A stretch of DNA of 64,000 nt from Styela clava (lineage: Eukaryota), in NCBI RefSeq assembly GCF_964204865.1, contig NC_135264.1, positions 11,098,001 through 11,162,000 of the forward strand, written 5' to 3'. This document shows, in pieces, positions 13,491 through 25,000 of this stretch (its first letter is position 1; each line of letters opens with the position of its first letter). The notes under the pieces were generated by a model, which saw only the letters and a list, made by a program, of their open reading frames with translations, was not told the DNA's origin and did no database searches. The translations under genes were made by a program, and so were the position numbers.

Positions 13491-16400
13491 GCATGTTAGG
13501 ATCGCTAAGTTAGAAGTCAGAGTTTTTGTAACTATTTGTAAATAATGTGTCTATTTATGCATGAGCAGAATGCAGTGCGAAGTTTCATTTTTCTTTAGTT
13601 AAATTCGTTCTTTGTTGAAAATTTGTTTGTTGTATTGTATTTATTCAAATGTTTATTAAAGTTATACGTATGATCTACTGTAGTACTATTCGCGACGACA
13701 GGAATGGAAGCGTAATTTTAACTTGCCAAAATAATCGTATTCTAATTGGGCATAGCATCTGCTGTAATTCTACGCTTCATTTTAACAGGGGCGAATCGCT
13801 CTTCAGTAGACGATATTGAGGTATAATTTTGTAGAGTGTATTCTATTTTGTGTATGCATTTGATATTTCAGTATCGTTTGTTTTTGAAATTCAGAAGGAG
13901 TGCAAAATCATTGTGGGATTCATGTGCATGCTCGTTTAAAGTGATCAATCAGTAAGTAATAAACGGACGAATGAGTGCTTCTAATGACTGCGTGTTTTTT
14001 GTTTGTAAGCATAGAATATATTAATGAGTATGTTCTACAGGTAATTGAATTGACGAGTGTGATTCATGATTTGAGTCGATATGTGTTATTTCGACGATTT
14101 TTGTTTGGTGGACATGGTCTCCTCTGTCCTGATTTCATCGACGGATTTCCTCAGCTAAGTTATATCGCATTGTATTTAATTTAAAGACATATCCTTACAT
14201 GAAAGAACGTTAAACTATTTCTGTGTCTTACCGATATTACTTTTCATTCACAGGCTTCTGAATTGGCGAAGACAGATCGTAGCTGGAGTCGGGAGTTAAT
14301 TATATGTAAAAGATGATCAGGTTCATCGCCTCACGCCTCAGGTTGGTGTGCTGAGAAACGCGTATAGCGTTTGGCGTACATATTGTACATCTTAGGTGTA
14401 CCGCTGTCGATAAATTAAACCTGTTACTGTTAGTGACCCAATATGGAGGCCATGCAAATAGGGATTGGGTGCGGTTTGAAAACGTAATTACGTCATAATT
14501 GTTCGTATCGTTATTATCGTCAATAATATATCATTGAATTTAGTTTGCAGGAATCAGATACAGGTGACCGTCAAAATTCGTCAAGAACAGAATAATAATG
14601 CAATATGGTAGGTACGTTCCCTACGTTCGTGATAGCTCCTGGACCGCTTGAGGTAACTATTTGAAATATTATGAAAGTCTTAAAAATTTTCTTGTCCGAC
14701 AGTCTTCCGCTTGTCTCACAAAGTAGTGATACATGACATTTTGGGGGTACGTTACTATTAATAAATATACATCCAGATAATTACACAAGGCGTCTGCTAT
14801 TGCAAAAAATTGTTAATTGTATCTGGTGGTCGTTATTAATATAGAAGACTTTTGTTTTTTGTATATTTGTGCGACACTTTCGCGAAATAAAAGTATATTT
14901 TTAACAAGAGTCGATATATTTATGGCAGGTGAATCGAACAAGAAATGACAGACTGATGGAGTCGTCCATATGTAACACTTATTGTCGATCCAAGTTGTTG
15001 CAGCACCGAATACAAACGCCGGGGTATAGTCTACAAGGTGACTACTTATAACAGAAGTTCACAAGCCATTTTCAGGACGACCCCAAAGACATTTTCCAAG
15101 TGTCCAGTGCGACCTCAGGTCCATATATATATTTTTCATGAAACTTTTTCACTGGACTTTTAAGCGAGTTTGGTCATGTGGTGGTATTAAGTAAAAAAGG
15201 CTAAAATCAAACAATGTTGTTTAGGCAAGTATTGGCTACCATGTGTGAGGGATTCTATTTGAACTAAATTATATTATGAAAGATGTTCGAATGTAAATTT
15301 CGTGTTGACGCTGAGCAGAGAATACCACAAATACAGCATGAAACTACGTCGTGCGCAAAAAGTTGGATAGTCCCGAAGTACGTGAATCAAGATGTCGGAC
15401 ACTGGAACGTAGTATGTGTACCAGGTTAGGGTTGGGCCATACTTTCAGGTACAAATACTACGCGAGTCACTTGGGTAGTCCCCGAACTCGTAATAGAACT
15501 ATAATAAGAAAAATTGGAATGAAATTTCACATACTTCGGGAGTACCAAAGGTTAGACGTTTTAAATATTACTCGCACTAATTGTAAATGTGAAATTTCAC
15601 ACTTTGGGTCGTCGGGTTTATTATATGCGCGAGAACTGTAAAATAAATTACCTTTAATCGGGATTTTGTACCTGGATTAAACCTGGTGCAGGTCGAGTAG
15701 ATCCTTCCATTAAGTTCTGTAGAAATATCATACCCTTTGAAAATCTAAATTTTCGTCTTGGACTAAGACTTGACTCAAGACTCCAACGTACCAAGTTTCC
15801 TTGCCATCCCTGCTACCCAACCAAGAATCTGGATTTTAAAGTTAATAAAAAAATAAAGTGATTTATTTTTCAGATTTTCAGTCGGGGAAACTCGTACGAT
15901 TTTGCAGCATTGAAGAAAACTATTTCACAGTAAGTATTTGCAGAAAACGTATTCAGTCAGTTTGATTGTTTTAATAGGGAAATTTGCCAATAATTTGTGT
16001 GACCAACAAACTGGAAAATAATTATCTGCATCCGCGTGAAGAGAGATGTAAATGGCTCGATTTGGTTTAGACCAGTTTCACCATTTGATCAACGACCCAA
16101 AGTTTCTCCAGTAATCTTAAATAAAATGGACTCGGTTCTGGCTTGACTCAAGATGCGAATAATCTCGCATCTTCTCAGCATGCCATTTATATAAACATTC
16201 CATGAAGTCTATTTCGTTATTCGGTCTTGATGCATTATGCATCATTTGAAACATTTAAAAAATTAGCTGGTGGATCTTGTCAGATTTGGAAAATGTAAGG
16301 TCAAGACAGACAAATTTAGCCCAAATCTTTTTGGTGTATTATCACGCCAGATCCTGTTAAATGAATTGTGAAATGGCGAGAAGTACGGTGATTCCAAGTT

Positions 16401-17160
16401 AAAGTATGTGTAGCCGGAGTCTGGGTTATAGTGTTTTGTTGAGATTCAAGTCATGGGGGAGAGTCGATGTCAAAATTTTGTCGCACAGGCAACTTCAGGT
16501 CTGTAGTAAGAAATAGTTTTGGTTCGACTGTATTTGAGTCGTAATAAGAGTCAAAAATAAGAATGGCCTTGCTCTTGCTCTAGAATACGACCCTCCAATG
16601 TCGGCAGCAGCCGTGAATCTCATGTCCAGTAACAAGCATTTTTTTTAAGTTCTTCAATGTTTGCAGGTTCACCAACCGTGCCCAAGAAAGCACGTGAAGA
16701 GGATTTTGCACTGACGACTGTTCCTGCATTCTAATTTTTGTACCCTTTTTGTAAATAATTCACGTGTCTCATGTTTTCTTTCTTCAGTTAGTTTTGTCAT
16801 GTCTTATAAACATCGTAATGAATAATATAAATTGTTTCGAACGTAATGAAAGAAACTTTGTTTGTTATTACGCATTATTACACATTTTCGTCAAATCGAT
16901 CACCTTGTGTCTATAAAATCTGGTCATGGAGTTTGCAAAGACTATTTATTGTTCCCTGCATTCATATCCAAATGCCTGGATTTTTTGCCTTATTTGTGTA
17001 ATGATATAAACATGAATACTATACTATAATCTTGTTATGCTGGGCAAACTTCTTAACGAATAATATAATTTATTTCGAACTTGATTAAAAAAGCTTGCCT
17101 ATTTCGCCACTTTTTTAAAACATTTTTGTATTTTCATGTTTATTTTTATTTCAATAAAAT
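13490..17160 (+). ncRNA. Putative spliced lncRNA (or small-ORF gene), left paralog
   Basis: AG/GT-bounded exons 14254-14341, 14551-14652, 14929-15037, 15874-15929; last exon from 16667; AATAAA at 17153; exon starts are homologous to the right paralog. Confidence 0.45.
15365..15546. mobile_element. Short MITE family with a TATGTGTACCAGGTTAGGGTT core
   Basis: Imperfect TIR CCCGAAGTACGTGAA / TTCACATACTTCGGG; related copies near 35660-35750 and 51786-51970. Confidence 0.6.
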
Positions 17161-18356
17161 CTGGCAACAATACTTATCTCTTTGAAGTTAGTAGTGTGGT
17201 TAAGCTCGTACAGTATGGTCTGCGTATTGGGGATCGCTATTCCAAATCGTGAAGTGGATTCCAGTATGACGTCACCGCTGGGGAGGGGGATTTTTTTCCA
17301 GACCGTACTGGCCGGGGAGGGGGATTTTTTTCCCAAGCCGTACGGGCCGCGCAGTACAAAAATTTGATGCGCGAAATTTTGTGTATGGCCAATCGCCGGC
17401 AATAGATAATCCGGGGTTAAATGCTGAAATTTATCATCGACCAAGCATGATCATGCATGATCACCGTTTACATTTCAAAATGTCATCATTTTCTGAGTCT
17501 TATCCTTCTATTTTTCACATTTTTGGGGAATTTGACCATTTTACTTACCGTGACGTCTGCCAGCACACCGATTTTTATGTGAGAGCCGTGCTCAGCAGGC
17601 CTCGAACTATTGTCATCATGAAAAAATAAGTAATCATTCCTCTAATCCAACGCCTTTAACCGTTAGGCCAAGAAAGCCAGTTGCCATGAGGACCCAAGTT
17701 CTAATATTTATTTGTGGACATTGAAAACTCTTAGTGGCCTGAGTAGTCAATGTCTCAAAGAGTTTTTAATACCCACACATAAATATTAGAACTTGAAGCA
17801 TCATGGCAACTGGCTTTCATGGCCTAATGGATAAAGGCGTTGAATTAGAGGAATGATTACCTATTTGTTCATGATGACAATAGTTCGTGGCCCACTGAGC
17901 ACGGCTCTCACATAAAAAAAAAAAAATCGGTGTGCTGGCGGACGTCACGGTAAGTAAAAGGGTCGAAATTCCCCAAAAATGTGAAAAATCGAAGGATAAG
18001 ACTCAGAAAATCATTTCATTTTTAAATTTACATATCGATCATGCATGATCATGCTTGGCCAATGATAAATTTCAGCATTCATCCCTGGATTATCTATGGC
18101 CTGCGATTGGCCATATATAAAATTTCGCGTATCAAATTTTTGTACAGCGCGGCCCGTACGGCCTGGAAAAAAATTTCCCTCCCGGCCCGTACGGTCTGGA
18201 AAAAAATTTCCCTCCCAGCCGTGACGCCTTACTGGGATCCACTTCACGATATGGAATAGCGATCCCCTAATACGCAGAACTTACTGTACAAGCTTAACCA
18301 CATTACTAACATATTCAAACTTAAGAGATCAAGTACAGTTGCCAGAATTTTATTGA
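17151..18356. repeat. ~580-bp-arm inverted repeat (palindrome) with ~25-nt spacer
   Basis: 17151-17732 is the reverse complement of 17758-18356, roughly 85-90% identical by eye; the ORF track shows mirrored ORFs 17182+/17381+ vs 18011-. Confidence 0.95.
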
Positions 18357-20480
18357 AAAAAATTTATTGAATCACAGCGACATAGGCTTGAAAAAATCTG
18401 ATCCGCAGGATATGGAAATATATTAAATATCATTTATAATGTTGATCACGTGCATAAGACGTCAGAAAATGTCAAACACAAAAACTACTCAGAGACTAAA
18501 AGAAAAATCAAATATCAAAAGAGTTGAAATAGAAAGATCGCAAAAACACGATTTACACGTTGATCACGTATAGGAAATATGCCAAAAAATTGAAAATTAC
18601 ACAAAAAAGGTTTGGACAATTGAATAACTAATACAAAATATTGCAATAAAAACTTTCTCTCGATCTTCAGCTGTTTGACACTGTTGATGACCCTGTGGAC
18701 AAGAAAGAAAAAGAAATTTATACTTTACATATTGGACATTGCGCCTCTGTACCCCTAGCTTGTGTATATCGTTTTATTAGGATTGTTGGGGGGAGTGGAA
18801 ATCCCATAGTCAGAATTGCGATATTATTGTAATTTATTCAAAGTGGCGCGAAATTTTAAGCCACAAACCTTAAAAAAATTTTAAACTTTAATGGACGGCA
18901 TGTTCAATAAAACTATGCAAATTAATCCATCACTGACCCTCACTTGAAATTCTCATCCACCGGGGAGATCGACCATCTAACGAGGCAGGATAAACGAATG
19001 ATTGAATAACCCGAGTTCAGGCTGTGCGCCATTTTGGTGCGCACACTTCAGGAGGTCCAAATTAAATTATTAAATTAAATAAATTATCTCGCGAGTTTGG
19101 CAGTTCAAAGTTTACTCAATCATTGGAATTCTCTAACCAGATTCCTTTTATTTCGATCACTGTAACAAGTTTGAAATCCTCCGGATCTAACACTAACATT
19201 TTACTAAGTTCGCCAAGAGAAAATCCCACTTTTGCCTGATTCTACGAAAAATGGACTGGACTACAAAAAAACTAATTCGGGCAGTATGATGGTTTTCGAC
19301 ATATCACAGTTAATTACTTAGATTTTCACATGCCGATAATTTATTTCAAAAATTCATACTCACATATCGAACCTTATTCTGACGTTTTTATCCAGCGTTG
19401 CGACAACTTCACTGGACAACAGAAATTTTGCGAACACTACATACGGATGACGTCATCATAGTCTGCAAATTCATGTTTGATTCGCCTGGCAATTAATGTA
19501 TACAAGTTACTTTTTCGATCAAACACGATGCTGTCAATTTGGATTTTCGAATTGTGCCAGGTCGGTTTGAAAAAACAAAAATCAGCAATGTACATGAATC
19601 GCTTATCTCTTACCGAAATTGGGTTTTAAAATCAGATAAAAATAGGTATGGATATCGCCTCCTCCACGAAGTATTCATGGGTTGCTATATATATATATAT
19701 ATATATATCCAACATGATTAACTTGATTTTTGTTCTTCAAATACAATGCGATATACTTACATTAGTTGAGGCCATATGGCGATGAAATCAGCTTGCTCAT
19801 AATTTGCTCTTGAGCGGTAATTTTGAAAAAAAAGAAACAGGGTAGAGAATGTCAATAGCCGAACTCTTCGATCTGCTAAGCTCTTTTAACTTGACATCGC
19901 CTCCAATCACAAATTGCATTCGCCAAAGTCAAAAAACCTGCGGAAATAACGCATCGATGCACATAAATTTTTTTGAAATGATAAATAGTGAGGACGCTAA
20001 ATCGCCTATCCGCCCATTTAATACTTACAAAATACGTCGGACATGAATTCCGAGATCTCTTGGTTTGACCTGAAAAATCAAATCTTGAGCGTTTGTTTGA
20101 ACAATAACGGAACGTAGCAGAAAACAACAAATGCAGCAATAGACACAATATATATAATAACATACCACTTCAAAATCACTCCACAAAACATTAAATGTCG
20201 TCTACTGTAGTACGATTCGTTCCAGACCGAGTTAACTAATGGGGCACAAAATTGTTGTAGGTGCGATACTTTTTTAGAGGATAAGATTATTTCGGTCAAA
20301 TACGAATAGTACTATTGTAACCTTAAGTCAATAAACCATAAAATAGCACAATAAAACAAATAAAATTAAAGCATGAAACGTACGAAATTGCAGTAAAGTA
20401 CTATACTCTGCCTTGTGTATAAAAAAACACTACTCGAATGACTACAAAAAGGCTGACCAACTGACTGAAGTCTAGCCAAA
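18350..20480 (-). ncRNA. Putative spliced lncRNA, right paralog (convergent with the left copy)
   Basis: Acceptor-bounded exon starts at 19937, 19485 (to 19364) and 18692 align with left-copy exon starts 14254, 14929 and 16667; AATAAA on the minus strand at ~18350 and ~18365; stop codons in all three frames of exon 19485-19364. Confidence 0.45.
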
Positions 20481-20695
20481 ACCGACCGCAAAACGCTGCC
20501 ATATCCTCAATGTCCCCGATTCAAATACGCGTCATCCCCGTTTTCCTCCGAGCCAACGTGTCAATATTAGAAAAAGGCAATCATAATAAAGAAACACAAG
20601 ATAAAATAAGTGGCACAAGATTGATAACACCGATTGGTTGATAGGTCACAATCACGTGACGGGCCTCGCCATGATTGGTTCCTACATTTTTGGGG
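20480..20695 (-). promoter_or_regulatory. CCAAT-box-rich promoter-like block, right (inverted) copy
   Basis: Reverse complement aligns with 13285-13490 (GGAAAACGGGGATGACGCG.ATTTGAATC.GGG.CATTGAGGA); CCAATC boxes retained; CACGTG E-box. Confidence 0.55.
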
Positions 20696-22026
20696 ATAAG
20701 CACGTCACGTACTTTGGCGTGATAAGATACCCAATTGATCATGTAACGAGAAGGAGTAGTGATAGAACCGAATGAAATCCAATTCACAAGCCAAGGTGGG
20801 CCCTTCGTCCTTCCAAAAACGTTCAACATTTATGTCTCCATGTGCTTATATATATATATCTATATACTCAGTTATTTTATGCGCCCTGTTTAATATTTAA
20901 AAACCCAAACAAACGGAGGCAGAGGAATTAACGAATCACCGTCAACTTATTTTAAATTAAGGTAGTCATCCTGATTGATCGGGCCCTGAAAATCCGCTCC
21001 GTGACTACCTAGCTAGGAGATGTGTGGGCCTGGTTTGAGAATCCCTGACCTAAACCCTGCCTGGTCAATGCGATCATCGCGGAAATCCTATTGACACGCA
21101 TAAAGGTTGGTGTATATTGTTAGATGGAATCAGGATTCTCTGCGATCGTAGCATCGTCTTCGCTGCCGCACCCAACACCATTTATTGAAATTCTTGAATC
21201 GCCGACTGGCCAAAAACCTGCGACCAGAGCAGTATTCTGGTAGATTCACCGTAACTGACTGGAGATTATTTATCAGATATGTGATTTTTGGTTTCATTCT
21301 CCCCGAAATACTTGATTTATCGCATGTAATTATAGTCATTGGCTAATTCCAATACCAGAAGTGCTACAAAGAACTAAAATTCTTCCCACACTTACTAGAA
21401 GATTGCAAACAGTAGCAGGCTTGCGTGCCCCGTCAACGGTTTTCTTCCGCAAATTGATGATCAGAGCTATATTGGCAGGCGGGATTTTGACGAAAAGCCC
21501 ACAATGTATAGCAAACTAAGCCTTACTTTTCCGATTGCTGATGATTAAGACAAACAAATGTATAAATATGTTTTATTGAAAACCGATCAGTAAAGACAAT
21601 AATAAAGACAGTGAGCAATACACAGCAACAATGCACACATTTGAAAACCAAGATTTCACAAGAATTAGAATATACTAAATATTAATAATCTTTGGTTCAA
21701 AGTTCACACAACAAGGCAAGTTGGAAATAAAAATTTCGAGTAGATGTCTGGCCTTACAAATGAAACAGGAGTTTCAGATTAGTACAACTTCTATGTGGTG
21801 TTAAAATGATTAATACATCTAATATATATAAATTCAGAGACATCAAAGTTGGGTATGATTGTTTTTCTTTGCTCTGAAAACGCATTCCTTTTCCATGCCT
21901 TGTGTATAGTGCATGGCTGTTGCCTGCGGCAAGAGTGAAGTCATCTTTTATAAATGAGTCTTATTGCACACTGAGGTAAGACTTCTGGTTAGAATATAGC
22001 GTTTTTAGGAAAATATCAGCATTCAT

Positions 22027-25000
22027 TTAGTCGCTAAATTCCTCTATATTAAAGTCTTCATCAGGATCTTTATTAACATCTTCAATATTTTCTCCATCAG
22101 CAGCATCTGGACATGAAACTTCTAATTGTTGTAAATTTTCTGACATATTTTCACCCAGTTCATTTTCAACTATTTTTTCATTTACACTGAAAGGATGATG
22201 AAAATGAGTCATTTCACAAAAAATTAGATAGGTCGCAAAACCTTTTATAGTTTATACCCTACAATGGATCATAATGCAATATTGAGAATGAACGGTTGAC
22301 ACCGATAAGTGAATCTTGACACAGTAGGAGGTTATAATATCATGATCTATCAGTTTTGAAAGGTTATTGAAACTAGTATAGAAATATATTGCAGACATAA
22401 CAACTAGAAAATTACAGCTATATAACTTGATGTTTCAGCTATGTAACTTGAAAGATCTGACAATAAAAGTCAAAATATATATATGGAAATCACCTAAATT
22501 GGTTAACATAAATGAGTAAAACTCGAAAACACATTTTTTTAAATCTTCCCAGTCAACGCTGAATAGAGATTGATATATAGGCGGTGTGGCACATAGTGCT
22601 AAGTTAGGAATACGTACGCGATCACACATCTGATTACCCGGCATGAGTTCACAGGTTAGAATCCTTGTTTAATAATTATGTGCGAGAGGATTGCTGAACT
22701 CTTTTCTGCCGTAGGACCTACGGGTTCACGTCATCACCGGTCGGTTACGACTTCCTACACCATCCATTTCATGCAAATGACACAAATGCCTTTTTATCGA
22801 ATCCCAAAATCTGACATGTACTGGTAACTAAGCTTTCTTCTCCCGCGAGATAAATATGTAGAATCCCCACAACAGTTATTTGAATAGCCTCGTCTGTAGA
22901 GGGCACAGGAGATATCACAAGCTCCCATATAGACAGTGAAATTGCTATTTAGGGCAGCTATATAAAATGTGTACTGCTAATCAAGTGTAATATTTTACTT
23001 ACGAACTGTTCCGCAAATGTTTTAAATAATGTAATAATAATTACCTTGAAAAAGATTTCCACTTCGGCAAACTTATAACTTTGGATAAATATTCAATTTG
23101 ACTGCGATCGAGTGAAATACTTTCAAAATTTTTAGTTGTTGAATAATTTTTATTTCTTTGTATCGTAGTGATTTTTTGCATATATGGAAGCATGTTTAAT
23201 AATAGTTCTCGATTTGGTAGATTGAAATTCCAAAATAAACGATGACTGGAGGATTCGTTTTCATGACATTTCTTGTTGACCTAAAAATAATAGAAAGAGC
23301 ATTGTTCAGCATAGATACAAATGACTAATATGACCACTATAATGTCAACAAAATTTTGTGCTTATGTTAGGGGAACTGTATCGAGTGTCACAAAAAATTG
23401 CGCTGAATGTCATATGAAAGTGTGCCCATATGAGAAAAAACAGCAAATTTCAGCTTAAATATCAGACCGTATAAGACTCAAAATTTTTTTAAATAAAATA
23501 AAAGTAATAGCCTCTCAGTAATCTTTTCTTACACACCTAAGTACTGAAGGAAACTGTACCGAATGTCACAAAAAATTGCACCTGATGTCATATGAAAGTG
23601 TGCCCATAAAAGAAAAACAGCAAAAATTCAAGCCATTTTTCACAACAAAAACAACATCAAGGACAAAACAATCCATAGGTCCACCTTTGTCCGGTAAATT
23701 AAAACAAAGTAGCTTAGAAAAACTAAAGCAGTTACAAGGTACACCACCTCATATTAAAAGTGCTTCCACACTTTGATGTTATTCATGACAAAAACTGAAC
23801 TTACAATAATGCATTTTAGTGAATTTGAATAATAAAACAAAACCTAACTTGCCTGATACCAGCTTGGTTTATGGAGTGGTCTCCATTGACCAGTTGAAGA
23901 TTCACATTGTTTTAATGTTGCTCTGTCTGAATTCCAAAATGCAACTGAACGAGAAGACAGACTACCTGAAAATTGATGGTGAATTTGACAAAATATACCA
24001 TATTAATAGTTAAAAATAGGAAATAGTCAAAATAATGTAATTCATACCTTCGTAATTATCTAATGCCGTGTTAGAATCAGTAGAAAAATCTGTTCCTGTT
24101 TTTCTCGTACTTGTTATATCAGCGATACAAAAAGAATCGAGTGCAGCAGATAAATCATCAAGTTTACTGAAGAAAGGTACAAAATTATGATGTAGAAATA
24201 AACTGTATGAAGATCCTGAGAGACAACAATGATCAAGAATATCCTGTCGTAAAAAAAGGGAAACTGTTATTAACTCTATTTTTTAGGAGGAATACAAGTC
24301 CTCTGGTTCTTTTTATTATTCACCACTCAACAAAAATGAAATAAATATATAATCCAGTATACGAAATCCAAATGAAAAAATTTGTTCATTACTAGGAACT
24401 TCAGTTGCTTAGAGTGAAATCCCAGATTGTTACTAAAATAAGAATTAAAAAATCGAATATATCATAATTAATTCCGAATCAATTTAAATATTTGAATCGT
24501 TTGCACATCTATTTTTTAATTTACTGTGACATCATGTTAAATTACAGCATCCCATACACTGTGATTTTATAGTATAAGTAACAAATATCATTCTTCTTTG
24601 GTCCACACTAAAACACACTAACCTCAGGTTCAAATAGTAAAGGATCCCTGTACAAATGCTGAAGATGATTTGGTAGTTTAGAAGCTTCTTTCTCTGGCTC
24701 TTTCCCTGTTCAATATAGACATAAACAGCACAATTAAACTAAATCAAAAGGTATGGTTATAATAGTATAATATAAACATACTTTTGCAATATAGGATTTT
24801 CCCCAAGGCTCTGAATAATACTAATGAAACATCTTTTCCACCAATAGAAGGCATTGCATTGTTAGTTACAAGATCAACAGACTTCCTTCGTTTGAGAGAA
24901 CCTTTCATTTTTTTGCTTTCTGGTTGAAGAAATGAAACTGGTGTACCTTGAGAAACAAAACTAGGTAAAATATTCTTCAGTTCAAGACATTGCTTATAAA

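Noticed and set aside
17812-17905. Functional tRNA-Arg gene
   Set aside because: Only the D-arm/A-box and a degenerate B-box are present; no anticodon arm or acceptor stem pairing
17151-18259. Mirrored ORFs (17151-, 17182+, 17381+, 18011-, 18041+) as protein genes
   Set aside because: By-products of the palindrome; indels between the arms break the frames and no domain is recognisable
20950-21540. More GC-rich segment suggestive of a decayed transposase or exon
   Set aside because: No recognisable motif or sustained frame on either strand
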